This document shows, piece by piece, positions 21,343 through 30,703 of a stretch of 43,607 bases of DNA. The DNA is taken from positions 1 to 43,607 of the forward strand of contig CALGNW010000005.1 of the NCBI GenBank assembly GCA_937958345.1, in the 5' to 3' direction. The stretch is from an uncultured Neomegalonema sp. Its GTDB lineage: Bacteria; Pseudomonadota; Alphaproteobacteria; Rhodobacterales; Rhodobacteraceae. The notes beneath the pieces were generated by a model. That model had not been told where the DNA came from, made no database searches, and worked only from the letters and a program-made list of their open reading frames with translations. How positions within the stretch are numbered: position 1 is the stretch's first letter; each line of letters opens with the position of its first letter. The position numbers and the translations under genes are program-made.

Positions 21343-21738
21343 TCAGCTTCGGGGAAACAATACCCGCCTCGCGATCAGCGAGGCGGCAACGCCTGCAAAC
21401 GCGCCGCAAGCATTTGCGAGGCCGTCATACCATTCGAACGAGCGCCCGAACTCCATGACACCCTGGGCAAACTCAAGGCTCATTCCAAACAGCGGCATCG
21501 AAATCAACAAGGCGTGTCGACGCTCCGGCCATCCTGTTCCGCCGAGCAGCCCCAGGCCAAAATACGCTATAAAATGCAGAACCTTATCATCCCACGTACC
21601 GCTCACCGGAATCGCTTCTGATGGCATAACGGTTGCTGCGACGACGACGATTAAGGCCGCAAAAAATAAGAACTGAACGGTGCGGAGGGTCGAGTCCCGA
21701 CCTGCAAACGGCATTGGCAAAACGTATACATTCCCCAC
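21343..21738 (-). CDS. VanZ-like family membrane protein
   Basis: 131 aa with 4 TM segments. Motif DKVLHFIAYFGLGLL is typical of VanZ-like proteins. Start is GTG at 21738 or ATG at 21714. Confidence 0.65.
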   Translation of the reverse strand: MGNVYVLPMPFAGRDSTLRTVQFLFFAALIVVVAATVMPSEAIPVSGTWDDKVLHFIAYFGLGLLGGTGWPERRHALLISMPLFGMSLEFAQGVMEFGRSFEWYDGLANACGAFAGVAASLIARRVLFPRS

Positions 21739-21753
21739 GCGGTGATACGGCGG

Positions 21754-22326
21754 CTAACCGGAAAAAAGGTGGAAGCCAACTGCGAATGTAAACTCGACTA
21801 CCAACCCGACGGCGATCGCGCCGCGCGCAACACTCCCCTTGAACCGGCGCAAAAGTATGACCGCCAGCGCCAAACACAGACCCGCCTCCAGCAAACCGGC
21901 CTCAAACCCATGATGGTTCGGGTCCCAATAACTGACGGGACTGACATAAATCCAATCGGTAAACGGCCAAAAGTGCGGGTGTCCGTCATCGTTGTGCAGC
22001 GGCAGGTCAAGCAATGCATGAACCATGGCCGCGAGCCCGAACGCCCACAGCCAGTCAATGCGCAGCAAAAGTCCGAGTCCTAAAATCAGGGCGAACATCG
22101 GTGCGGAATTATTGATCGCGAAGATTTCCTGCCAAAAGGCCGAAAAATACGCCTCGCTGAAAATCTTTTCGAGGTTGAGACCATTTACCCACCGCTCCCA
22201 TGCAACCATGACGAACATCATCAGATCGGGGAACACAGCACCGAAAATCAGTGCAGCGTTGCGCGCTTTCGCGTCGGGTTTCGCGGCAATCGCTGCTGCA
22301 AGGAAGATATGTGCTGGCGTATTCAA
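21754..22326 (-). CDS. Integral membrane protein with conserved His/Asp motifs (possible membrane-bound metal-dependent hydrolase)
   Basis: 190 aa. TTG start with GAGAAG upstream. Early His (TPAHIF), FPDL, HALLDLPLHNDDGHPHFWP. The family assignment is tentative. Confidence 0.5.
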   Translation of the reverse strand: MNTPAHIFLAAAIAAKPDAKARNAALIFGAVFPDLMMFVMVAWERWVNGLNLEKIFSEAYFSAFWQEIFAINNSAPMFALILGLGLLLRIDWLWAFGLAAMVHALLDLPLHNDDGHPHFWPFTDWIYVSPVSYWDPNHHGFEAGLLEAGLCLALAVILLRRFKGSVARGAIAVGLVVEFTFAVGFHLFSG

Positions 22327-22436
22327 TGACTTCTCACAAACGATGGGAAATGGGCAAACGAGGGCGTGATTTGGGTGGCGGCACGTGCGAATAGTACTAA
22401 ATGTCGCACATCATTGGTTGAAAAGGAGTCCCCAAA

Positions 22437-22901
22437 ATGCGTTCACGTTATGCCGTCCTGGCCTTCGCAAGTGCCGTTGCCACTCTGACGCCGGCGCTGG
22501 CCGATGATGTCGACGACGCGATCAAGGCCCGCCAAGGCTACTATCAGGTTGTCAGCCACAATTCCGGGGCGCTTTTTGCCATGGCGAAGGGCGGGATTGA
22601 GTATGATGCGGACAAGGCGCTCGCTCATGCAAAGAACCTCGATGCTCTGGCCAACATGAACAACTCCAGCATGTGGATGCCGGGTTCGAGCAAAGAGGAC
22701 CGCAAGGGCAAAACACGCGCCCTGCCCGTTATCTGGACCACCTTCCCCGCGATTGGCGAGAAAGGTCAGGCATTTAAGGATGCAACGGCAAACCTGGTCG
22801 CCACTGCGGGCGACGGCATCGACAGTCTTCGCGCAAATGTCGGCCCGCTCGGCGCATCGTGCAAAGGGTGTCACGAGACCTATCGCGCGAAGGATTTCTA
22901 A
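22437..22901 (+). CDS. Cytochrome c' (class II c-type cytochrome)
   Basis: 154 aa. Signal peptide ending ALA. Single C-terminal heme site CKGCHETYR. AAGGAG RBS. Confidence 0.9.
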   Translation: MRSRYAVLAFASAVATLTPALADDVDDAIKARQGYYQVVSHNSGALFAMAKGGIEYDADKALAHAKNLDALANMNNSSMWMPGSSKEDRKGKTRALPVIWTTFPAIGEKGQAFKDATANLVATAGDGIDSLRANVGPLGASCKGCHETYRAKDF

Positions 22902-22903
22902 GC

Positions 22904-23518
22904 ATGTCAGCGGCGACGCCCGGGCCGGAAGGTTCGGGCGATACGATGGAGCAACGGCGCGTCTGGGATCTGCCAACGCGCTTGTTTCACTGGGCGTTGG
23001 TCGGCACTGTTGCGACCGGACTTTACCTTGGCGAGTACCGCAGTTTCACGACCATCGAACTGCACTTTTATTTCGGGTATGCGACGGCGGCACTTCTTGC
23101 CTTTCGGGTTCTGTGGGGCGTCATCGGTCCGCGTCCTTCGCGCCTGAAATCATTACTGCCCTCGCCTAAGCGGTTGTTTTCATACCTTTCCCGTGTCGGG
23201 CGGCGTGAGCCGAGCGGGACCGAGGGTCATAACCCGCTCGGAGGGTTGTCGGTTGTGGCCATGCTGCTCGCGTTAAGCGTGCAGATTGTGACCGGACTTT
23301 TTGCGCAGGATGACGGGCTTTTCTCCGAGGGTCCGCTGGCGGAATACGTTTCCGACTCGACGATTTTGACTATGAATTCAATTCACTACATCACATCGCG
23401 GGTAATCCTCGGGCTGATTGCCCTGCATATTGCGGCGATCCTTTTCTACTTGGTTTGGAAGCGTGAAAACCTCATCAAACCAATGGTTTCAGGCCGCAAG
23501 TGGGTCAGGCGCCGCTAA
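22904..23518 (+). CDS. Cytochrome b561 family protein (CybB-like, di-heme membrane cytochrome)
   Basis: ATG at 22904, 2 nt after the cytochrome c' stop. [14 protein letters not shown] and later conserved His residues. 4 TM segments. Confidence 0.85.
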   Translation: MSAATPGPEGSGDTMEQRRVWDLPTRLFHWALVGTVATGLYLGEYRSFTTIELHFYFGYATAALLAFRVLWGVIGPRPSRLKSLLPSPKRLFSYLSRVGRREPSGTEGHNPLGGLSVVAMLLALSVQIVTGLFAQDDGLFSEGPLAEYVSDSTILTMNSIHYITSRVILGLIALHIAAILFYLVWKRENLIKPMVSGRKWVRRR

Positions 23519-24231
23519 AGCGAAGCCATGGTGATGATTTTGCTGACATAATTTTTCGTCTCGCGGATATTCGGCACACGTCCCAGACGGGCAACCCGCG
23601 TCGGCCCCGCATTATAGGCCGCCAGCGCCAGTTGCCACGTTCCGAACCGCTCGTACTGCAACCTCAGATAGCGCGCGCCACCGACAAGGTTTTGCATTGG
23701 ATCATGGGGGTTTACCCCGAGTTCTTTAGCCGTCGCAGGCATCAACTGGGTTAAACCGATTGCGCCGACGTGACTGCGCGCGTTGGGGTTGAACGAGCTT
23801 TCGGCATGCACCAGCGCGAGAAACAGCTCGGGGGGCACGCCCTGCCGGATTGCGATGTCCGCGGCGGCGGATTGCAGCGCGCTCTTGCGGGTTTTGCGAA
23901 GTGTTTCAGGCTTTTGGCGCGGCATCGGGTCCACACGGGGCAGCGGTGCAAACACATGCTGCGACAACGCATCCAACCGCGCGCCATAGGCCGGACGCAC
24001 CGGTGTATTCACACTTTGTTCCATATAATTCAGAGACTTATACGCCGTCCCGTCCAGATGCAGCGCGCGATCGGACAGTCCGCCCTCCTGCACCCGTGCG
24101 ACGCCATGCGCGACCGGCAGCATCATCGCGAAGACGAGCGCGGCGGCCATCAGGCCTCCGCCGGAAAGGGTGTCTAGCGCCGTGCGGGGCTGGGCGGCGG
24201 CACGGGGGGCGACTTTACAGTTCTGAGCCAT
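23515..24231 (-). CDS. Lytic transglycosylase (SLT domain)
   Basis: Catalytic motif [30 protein letters not shown] followed by AYNAGP. N-terminal signal/anchor. Confidence 0.85.
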   Translation of the reverse strand: MAQNCKVAPRAAAQPRTALDTLSGGGLMAAALVFAMMLPVAHGVARVQEGGLSDRALHLDGTAYKSLNYMEQSVNTPVRPAYGARLDALSQHVFAPLPRVDPMPRQKPETLRKTRKSALQSAAADIAIRQGVPPELFLALVHAESSFNPNARSHVGAIGLTQLMPATAKELGVNPHDPMQNLVGGARYLRLQYERFGTWQLALAAYNAGPTRVARLGRVPNIRETKNYVSKIITMASL

Positions 24232-24483
24232 TTCAACATCCTACGTCTAATTCCTAAGATGTTCTTTTAGTGTTCGATGAACGATCCCGAGTCAACACCT
24301 TTTGTTCCCATACGGATGATCGACGCGCAAACGAGAACAAAAAGCGCCCATATCCTGCGGTTTCGGACCATCCGGCCTCCGCAGAAATTTTCGTCCCTGC
24401 TCTGCCATCGGGATAAAAATTTACGAAAATTTTTAGAATCGCCGCGTCCGGCATCACCGATTCTCTTCCCCGCGGCGCGACGG

Positions 24484-24589
24484 AAAACCCGTGAAATCCG
24501 ACGCAAAACTCTGAAAGCGTCAGGGAAAACCCTTCAAAACCCGCTGAAATCTCTGAAATTCGGCATTCAAACCTGTAAAATCCCGCAAA
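24484..24589. repeat. Array of about 11 helically phased A-tracts (predicted intrinsically bent DNA) in the SLT/MFS divergent intergenic region
   Basis: A3-A4 runs begin at 24484, 24494, 24505, 24514, 24526, 24536, 24547, 24556, 24569, 24577 and 24587. Spacing is 8-13 nt, mean about 10.3. Several runs are followed by CCC/TCC. Confidence 0.6.
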
Positions 24590-24692
24590 GCCCGCTCATC
24601 TGGGCCAATCGCCGCGTCGAACTGGCGCTATGGACCGCCGCAAAACGCCCTACGGTCGAAAGCACAACTTCTGATCCGGGGAACAAGCGATC

Positions 24693-25868
24693 ATGTCGAG
24701 GCCCGTCGTTCTGGCGCTCTTTTTCCTCGCCGCATTCCTGCAATCGGGAACCTACGGCCTGACATTTCTGTTGCCCGAACTTTTTGCCCAATTCCAAGCG
24801 GACGAAAAAGACGTTGGCGCAACGCTGATGGTCACGGCCTTGGTCACGCTGGTGACGGTTTACTTTTCGGGGCATCTGTCCGATGCCCTGGGCCGGATGA
24901 CGACGCTCGGGATCTCGGGCTTGGCGATTACGGTTTCGCTGACGCTTTACAGCACCGCCTCCGGCATCGGCCCTGCCCTCTTTATCGCCAGCGCGCTGCT
25001 CGGGTTCGGCTGGGGGCTGATGTACACGCTGGCGCCGGTGGTTCTGACTCGGCTCAGCGGCCCGGATAACCGCGTTCGTATGTTCTCGCTGTACTCGGTT
25101 TTTCTAATGGCGGGGTTTGGCCTGTCGCCGGTTTTCGGATCATGGATGCACGGGGCGGGTTACGGCATCCGCGAAGCGTTCAGAGTCGTCGCTGTCTTTT
25201 GCGCGATCAGCGGCACGCTGTTTCTGTTGCTGCGAAAACCGATTGCGCGGCACGCCGCCGCCGAACCGGCAAGCGCACGCTCTCGGTTGTCGTTCTATGC
25301 CGTTGCCGCAATCTTCCGGTCAAAGGGCCGGTGGCCCGTGATCATGGTGTGCCTCGGGGCGGCTGTGTTTGCGGGGGTGAACAATTTTCAGACCTCGATT
25401 GCCGGAGCCGAGGGACTGAACTACGCCGACTATTTTCTGGTTTACACGATCACGACAATCATCTGCCGCGTCGCCTTTGCGGGGTTCAGCGGCGGGCCGT
25501 CGCCCTACCGCATTATCGCGCTGCTGCAATACATCATGTGTGCGGGCGTGCTGTTGTTTCTGTTCATCGGCGGCAATCAGGCACTCTACATCGCCTGTGC
25601 CGTCCTCTTCGGTATCGGGTATGGCGCATCTTATCCCATACTGGCGGCGATGACCGCGAATGATGCGGACGCGGACCTCGTGCCGCAAACGCTGCAACTG
25701 TTTGCCCTGACGTATTTCATCGGCATCTTCGGTTTTCCGTATATCGCGGGCTGGCTGATTGTTGACGTCGGCATCGGCGCGATGCTGATCTGTGTGGCCT
25801 GTCTCGCGGCGACAGAGGCAACGATGGCCCTGATACGCTCCCGAACCGGCACAAAGCCAAACGCCTGA
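24693..25868 (+). CDS. MFS transporter
   Basis: 391 aa and about 12 TM segments. SDALGR motif in loop 2-3. Confidence 0.85.
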   Translation: MSRPVVLALFFLAAFLQSGTYGLTFLLPELFAQFQADEKDVGATLMVTALVTLVTVYFSGHLSDALGRMTTLGISGLAITVSLTLYSTASGIGPALFIASALLGFGWGLMYTLAPVVLTRLSGPDNRVRMFSLYSVFLMAGFGLSPVFGSWMHGAGYGIREAFRVVAVFCAISGTLFLLLRKPIARHAAAEPASARSRLSFYAVAAIFRSKGRWPVIMVCLGAAVFAGVNNFQTSIAGAEGLNYADYFLVYTITTIICRVAFAGFSGGPSPYRIIALLQYIMCAGVLLFLFIGGNQALYIACAVLFGIGYGASYPILAAMTANDADADLVPQTLQLFALTYFIGIFGFPYIAGWLIVDVGIGAMLICVACLAATEATMALIRSRTGTKPNA

Positions 25869-25911
25869 CGCGGCACTGGCAAAGCGGCGTTCGCTGTTGC
25901 AGGGTCAGGCG

Positions 25912-27288
25912 ATGAAAACCAATGCTCTGCTTTCGGACCTCGCGGCGATCACGGGTGAACAGCACGTCCACACCGGCGCGGATCTGGCCGCGCGTGACCC
26001 CGGCTTTCACCCCGGCAATCTCGGCGCGGACCTCGCGGTTTATCCTGACACAACCGAACAGGTCGCCCGGATTGTCACCCTCTGCGCGGCACATAAAATT
26101 CCCGTCGTTCCTCAGGGCGGCCTGACCGGCCTGTCGGGCGCGGCCAGTTCGGATTCGGACAGCCTGATCCTCGGCCTGCGCCGCATGACAAAGATCGAGG
26201 CGCTTGATCCCCGCGCCAATACCGCCATCGTCCAATGCGGTGCGACGCTGCAATCGGTCGAGGCGGCGGCAAACGAACACGGCCTCAGCGTCGGCATTGA
26301 TCTGGGCGCACGCGGCACGGCAACGATCGGCGGCATGATCGCCACGAATGCGGGCGGGATGGAGGCGTTCCGAAACGGGTCGATGCGCGCCCGTGTTCTC
26401 GGGATCGAGGCGGTCACCGCGACGGGCGCGGTTCTGGATGACCTGACAGAAGTTCCGAAATGCAACGAGGGCTATGACCTCAAACATCTGTTCTGCGGGG
26501 CCGAGGGAACGCTCGGCATCGTCACCCGCGCTGTCCTGCGGCTGACCCCCGCCACCACGGCAACAACGACGCTGCTGATTGGGGTCGGCGACGCCGCCGC
26601 CGCGCTTGCGATCACCCGCGCCTGCCGCGCCGTACCGGATGCAGAGGTGCTGCAAACCGAGATTATGTGGCGCAACTATGCCGTTACGGTCGCCGCCGAA
26701 ATCGGCCTGTCCCACGTCCTTGGCTTTTGCGACGCGCCCGCGTATCTGCTGATCGAACTGTCGGCGGGTGATCCTGATGCCGCCCTCGAAACCCTGTTCG
26801 GTGATCCGGCGGTCGGCGCGGCAATGATCGACGCTGTCGTTGCCAAGAACGAGAAAGAGCGCGCCGAGATTTGGCGTATCCGCGAAGAAAGCTTTATCGT
26901 CGATAACACGGTTGCCCATTGCCAATGGTATGACATCTCGGTTCCGCTGGGCCGGATTGACGACACGATCACCGCCATCGACACGCGCCTCAACGCCCTT
27001 GATCCGGATTTAGGCATCTGGGTTATGGGCCATCTCGGTGACGGCAATCTGCACTACACCATCGGCAACGGCCAACCCCAGCCGCCCGCGCGACAGGCGG
27101 AAATTGCGGATGCGGTCTATGACGGGCTGAAAAAAACCGGCGGGGCGTTCTCTGCCGAACACGGCATCGGGACGGAAAAACGCGCCAGCCTCGCCAAATA
27201 CGGCGACCCCGAAAAACTGCGCCTGATGCGGGCGATCAAACACGCCTTCGATCCGCAGGGTATTATGAATCCGGGTAAGGTGCTGTGA
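25912..27288 (+). CDS. FAD-linked oxidase (GlcD / D-2-hydroxyacid dehydrogenase family)
   Basis: FAD_binding_4 features (VVPQGGLTGLSGAA, TIGGMIATNAGG) and C-terminal SAEHGIG.EK...DP.GIMNPGK. The ORF-track start at 25897 is TTG, so ATG at 25912 is preferred. Confidence 0.9.
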   Translation: MKTNALLSDLAAITGEQHVHTGADLAARDPGFHPGNLGADLAVYPDTTEQVARIVTLCAAHKIPVVPQGGLTGLSGAASSDSDSLILGLRRMTKIEALDPRANTAIVQCGATLQSVEAAANEHGLSVGIDLGARGTATIGGMIATNAGGMEAFRNGSMRARVLGIEAVTATGAVLDDLTEVPKCNEGYDLKHLFCGAEGTLGIVTRAVLRLTPATTATTTLLIGVGDAAAALAITRACRAVPDAEVLQTEIMWRNYAVTVAAEIGLSHVLGFCDAPAYLLIELSAGDPDAALETLFGDPAVGAAMIDAVVAKNEKERAEIWRIREESFIVDNTVAHCQWYDISVPLGRIDDTITAIDTRLNALDPDLGIWVMGHLGDGNLHYTIGNGQPQPPARQAEIADAVYDGLKKTGGAFSAEHGIGTEKRASLAKYGDPEKLRLMRAIKHAFDPQGIMNPGKVL

Positions 27289-27293
27289 CCGGC

Positions 27294-27324
27294 GCGGCGG
27301 CAGAGACATGCCCTCTGCCGCCGC
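27294..27324. terminator. GC-rich hairpin between convergent genes (possible bidirectional terminator)
   Basis: 12-bp perfect stem gcggcggcagag / ctctgccgccgc with a 7-nt loop, extendable by ccgg/ccgg. No clear T-tract. Confidence 0.45.
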
Positions 27325-27342
27325 ACCGGTACGCCTGAACAA

Positions 27343-28005
27343 TCATTTCAGGATGCGCGTCGTCTTGGTAGGGCGCGCCGCATAGGACGCCGCAAGCGTA
27401 TAATTCCCGAGCGCGCCGCTGTTGAAAAAGCTCTTATGCACTTTCTGAACATAGACGACGATGCCGAATGCGCCGTCCGGCAGCGCCTCGTCAAACAGGG
27501 ATGTGGGCGCGGCCACGTCAACGTCGCCATAGGGCTGCCATGTCCAATCGGTACGGTATGTGCCGCCGTCATTGGTAATTCCGGCGACCAGCACCTTCAT
27601 CTTCGGGTCGGCTCCGTCGAACGAAATCGCGGGTTCGAATGACAACGAACTCATACTGTTCATCGGCGAAGCCAGAGGATTCGTCTCAGTAACCAGAGGG
27701 TTGGTCGTCGTAATCGGAGGGTTCGTGCGCCCCGCCCCCGCCTCGCCCGCAATCATTGCGCCCAATCCGTTGCGCACGATCTGCTGGCGCTCCAGATCAA
27801 ACCGCGTTCCCGAAACGACGATTGACGCGATTGATGCGGCGGCGCGGTCAAGGTCGCGGTTCAGTCGGCTGGCGCTCGACAAATCCGTCAGACCGATGAA
27901 AACCGAAACGACCAGAGGCAGGATAATCGCGCCCTCGATGGCGGCAACGCCGCGCCGGTCACGGGTGAATTTTTTCGACAGCCCGTTGATTATTTTATTG
28001 CGCAC
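27343..28005 (-). CDS. TadE/TadF-like pseudopilin (Flp pilus assembly family)
   Basis: N-terminal RRGVAAIEGAIILPLVV TadE-type hydrophobic segment. GTG start with AGGAGGG upstream. Confidence 0.7.
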   Translation of the reverse strand: MRNKIINGLSKKFTRDRRGVAAIEGAIILPLVVSVFIGLTDLSSASRLNRDLDRAAASIASIVVSGTRFDLERQQIVRNGLGAMIAGEAGAGRTNPPITTTNPLVTETNPLASPMNSMSSLSFEPAISFDGADPKMKVLVAGITNDGGTYRTDWTWQPYGDVDVAAPTSLFDEALPDGAFGIVVYVQKVHKSFFNSGALGNYTLAASYAARPTKTTRILK

Positions 28006-28459
28006 TGGTGAACCCTCCTGCCCGTAAAATCAAATCATCACGCTCCAATCCCGGTGCAACCTTCGACACACGGTAAACCAGCGTCGCAATCGTCGCGCCG
28101 CCGCCTGTCGGCAGATTGATCGCAAAACTTCCCGGTGCAGGCGGTGGCGGCGCGCCTTGGACTGTAAGCGGCGCGACATTCACGCCCAGTCTTTCGGCAT
28201 CGCAATAGGCAAGGCCGAGGCGTGTACAGAAATTACCCTGCGTCAGGGTGGCCGCTTCACCCGACCGTATCTCTTCGGTCAACGCAGCCGATGCACCATC
28301 CAACGAGGACGCAATCATATACGTGTTGCCCAGATCAATCGCGAACAGCGACGCAAAGATCAGCGGCGGAACCAGAATGGCGAATTCAATCGCGGTCGCC
28401 CCGCTGTGCGCATGCCGGAACTGGCGGGCGCGTGAACGGCACTTGGCAAAAGGGATCAT
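27995..28459 (-). CDS. TadE-like pseudopilin
   Basis: N-terminal GATAIEFAILVPPLIF, the canonical TadE-like motif. ATGA overlap with the upstream gene. Confidence 0.8.
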   Translation of the reverse strand: MIPFAKCRSRARQFRHAHSGATAIEFAILVPPLIFASLFAIDLGNTYMIASSLDGASAALTEEIRSGEAATLTQGNFCTRLGLAYCDAERLGVNVAPLTVQGAPPPPAPGSFAINLPTGGGATIATLVYRVSKVAPGLERDDLILRAGGFTSAQ

Positions 28460-29658
28460 TGCCGCCCCCTGCCGTTGCCGTTGCCGTTGCCGCCGCGATC
28501 ACGGTTATTGCCGTTGCGGTTGCGGTTGGCGTTCGGATTGCCGTTGGCATACCCTGTGATAACCCCGCGCACCGTTGTCCCATTCTCATCGCTGGTTTCG
28601 GTAATATCCGTGCTGGTATGGGTCGTTTCCCCTTGAGCGGTCGCAACAGCAACGCCCCGGGCGTTCTCGGTCACGATTTCCGCACAGGACGACGACGACC
28701 CGTCACCGACACTCGCCGAGCCGGTGGCAAGACCGGGACCATCCAGCGATGCACTGCTTGTTGCCGTTGATCCGGCCCTGTTGTCGACGGCGACTTCGCC
28801 CGACCCATCGGTGATAAAGGCCTGATACGTGCCATCAGTCGCAAAGGACAACTCACGCCCCGCCGCCGCACCGGATATATTGCCGGTCAGGCACGCGCCG
28901 GAGCCGGAACCTCCGCCCGGATTTCCGGGGTTCGCGACGGTGGTCGGCGGCGGCGCTGTCGGAATACAGACAACCGGCGCGGCTGCACCGCTGACAATCG
29001 GTTGAATAATCACACTGTCCGAGCGCGACATGCCGGTTCTGGCGAAACTCGGTTGCCCGTCATCCCCAACGATAACGCGATCCAGCAAATTGTCGTCGCG
29101 GTCAACAATCGCAATCGAGATCGTGCGCGACGAGGTCAACTGCTCCGCCGTATCACCATCCGCCGAGAACCGCGTCGCATTCGTCACAATAATCGCGTCA
29201 CCGGCACAGCCGACGACCGGATCATCGACGTTGATCGGCGCGCTTGTGATCGGGCATGTCGTTTGCGCACTGATCTGGCCCAAATCATCACCAAGCAGCC
29301 CGCCGAAGGCCAGCTTCACATTGCCCGTCCCCTGAACATCGACCTCGGCACCGCCATTCGGAATGGTAATCCGAACCGCCGTGCCCTCGTTCAGCAAGAT
29401 CGATTCAGTGATCGAGTTTTGGGCAAGCTTCCCCGCAACGGTGCGCGCCTCCTGCTGGGATTGGCTGGACGCCATCGCCACAGCCGCGCTTTCACAGCTG
29501 AAGCGGGTTATCTGCATCAACTCCGTTTTCGCGCTGGATATCCGCGACAGATCAATCGCTGCCCCTGCGCCGACGACCATGACCGACAGGATAGACGCGC
29601 CGAGAATAGCCATCGAGCCGCTTTCATTCCGGCAAAAGCGAGCGATTGTTTTGTTCAT
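28456..29658 (-). CDS. TadG-like (Flp pilus-assembly TadE/G-like N-terminus) large pseudopilin with Asn/Gly/Arg low-complexity tail
   Basis: Start set at ATG 29658, giving MNKTIARFCRNESGSMAILGASILSVMVVGAGAAIDLSR. Gly/Ser/Thr-rich, beta-rich body. C-terminus is NGNPNANRNRNGNNRDRGGNGNGNGRGRQ. Confidence 0.7.
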   Translation of the reverse strand: MNKTIARFCRNESGSMAILGASILSVMVVGAGAAIDLSRISSAKTELMQITRFSCESAAVAMASSQSQQEARTVAGKLAQNSITESILLNEGTAVRITIPNGGAEVDVQGTGNVKLAFGGLLGDDLGQISAQTTCPITSAPINVDDPVVGCAGDAIIVTNATRFSADGDTAEQLTSSRTISIAIVDRDDNLLDRVIVGDDGQPSFARTGMSRSDSVIIQPIVSGAAAPVVCIPTAPPPTTVANPGNPGGGSGSGACLTGNISGAAAGRELSFATDGTYQAFITDGSGEVAVDNRAGSTATSSASLDGPGLATGSASVGDGSSSSCAEIVTENARGVAVATAQGETTHTSTDITETSDENGTTVRGVITGYANGNPNANRNRNGNNRDRGGNGNGNGRGRQ

Positions 29659-29903
29659 TGGGATACCTGAATTTGATGTACAACCAAAACCTAGCGGAAT
29701 CCCCCTGCCACAAAGTTTACGAACCGCGTAAAAATGCGAGTTTTTCTTCGTATCACGGCAATGTGAGCGCATTTGTTCAGAAACGTCCCTCTTCGGACGA
29801 ACCGAAAGAAAGTAACGGGGCGTTTCCGCATTGATTAATGTAACTAATTATCGCCGCGTTTGATTTCTATACAACTCGCGCAAACAGAGACCGTGATTCC
29901 GAA

Positions 29904-30323
29904 TTACGCAACCCGCGCATTGATCTCGATCAGGTTGCCTTCCGGGTCCTCGACATAGATATGCCGCATGCCCGGTATCGCGAAGGTTCCGGCATCGGAA
30001 TACCGGATACCCGCCGCGGTCAGCCGCGCCATCACGGCGTCCAGATCATCAACCTCGAACGCGACATGCCCGCCGACCGACGGGTTATGGCTCAGATTGT
30101 TCTTGCGGGCGAAGTCGTCATCGGGGGCAATCAGGTGCAGTCCGCTATGACTGTCGCGCCCGTCCGCAAACAGCGCCAGCCTGTCGGGATCGCCGGGGAT
30201 ATAGCCGCGCGCCTGCGGAAACTCCCACGCCTTTTCCTCCATGCCCATGATCGCGGCATAGAACGCCGCCGTCTTGCGGACATCGCGCGCCTGCAAGTTC
30301 ACATGGTGAATAGACCACGCCAT
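29904..30323 (-). CDS. VOC-family (glyoxalase/bleomycin-resistance/dioxygenase) protein
   Basis: 139 aa. HHVNLQARDV...FY and HVAFEVDD...YVEDPEGNLIE metal-ligand pattern. Confidence 0.85.
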   Translation of the reverse strand: MAWSIHHVNLQARDVRKTAAFYAAIMGMEEKAWEFPQARGYIPGDPDRLALFADGRDSHSGLHLIAPDDDFARKNNLSHNPSVGGHVAFEVDDLDAVMARLTAAGIRYSDAGTFAIPGMRHIYVEDPEGNLIEINARVA

Positions 30324-30703
30324 CAGGTTTCGGCCCGCTGCACCATGCGCCCGATCCGCCGCCCGCCGAGAATATGCACATGCAGGTGCGGCACTTCCTG
30401 TACGCCATCCTCGCCCGCATTGGCGATCATGCGAAATCCGTTGCCTCCTGCAACGGGCGCAACGCCCTCGGCCCGCGCGACCTTGCCGATGGCCCGCACA
30501 TAGGCGGCCAGCTCGGCATCCGACGCGTTCTCGGCGAAATCATCAAAGGACACATACGGCCCCTTCGGGATCACCAGCACATGAGTCGGCGCCTGAGGCT
30601 GAATGTCCCGAAAGGCCAGAACGTGATCGTCCTCGTACACGGTATCGTTCGGGATTTCGCCGCGCAGGATCTTTGCAAAGATATTCTGGTCGTCATAGCT
30701 CAC
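30323..30703 (-). CDS. HIT-family (histidine triad) protein
   Basis: GTG start at 30703 preceded by GGAGAA. IFAKILRGEIP and the histidine triad HLHVHILGG. The ORF-track N-terminal extension overlaps the accessory gene. Confidence 0.85.
   Translation of the reverse strand: MSYDDQNIFAKILRGEIPNDTVYEDDHVLAFRDIQPQAPTHVLVIPKGPYVSFDDFAENASDAELAAYVRAIGKVARAEGVAPVAGGNGFRMIANAGEDGVQEVPHLHVHILGGRRIGRMVQRAET

Noticed and set aside
24277-24762. 161-aa plus-strand ORF filling the SLT/MFS intergenic gap.
   Set aside because: The product is Arg/Pro/Ser/Lys-rich with no motif and no RBS. It runs through the phased A-tract array and into the MFS gene in another frame. The region is better explained as regulatory DNA.
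27631-27640. GGGTTCGAAT, a tRNA T-arm-like motif.
   Set aside because: It lies inside the TadE-like coding sequence with no acceptor, D or anticodon stems around it. I found no tRNA-like cloverleaf in any intergenic region.
28471-28548. Short repeat tract that might be mistaken for a CRISPR or a minisatellite.
   Set aside because: The units are 6 nt, contiguous, without spacers, and lie in frame inside a coding region. This is a coding low-complexity repeat, not a CRISPR array.
29659-29903. TTAATGTAACTAATTA upstream of the TadG-like gene as a possible CtrA box (TTAA-N7-TTAA).
   Set aside because: The second half-site reads AATT/ATTA rather than TTAA at the required spacing, so the match is too weak to call.
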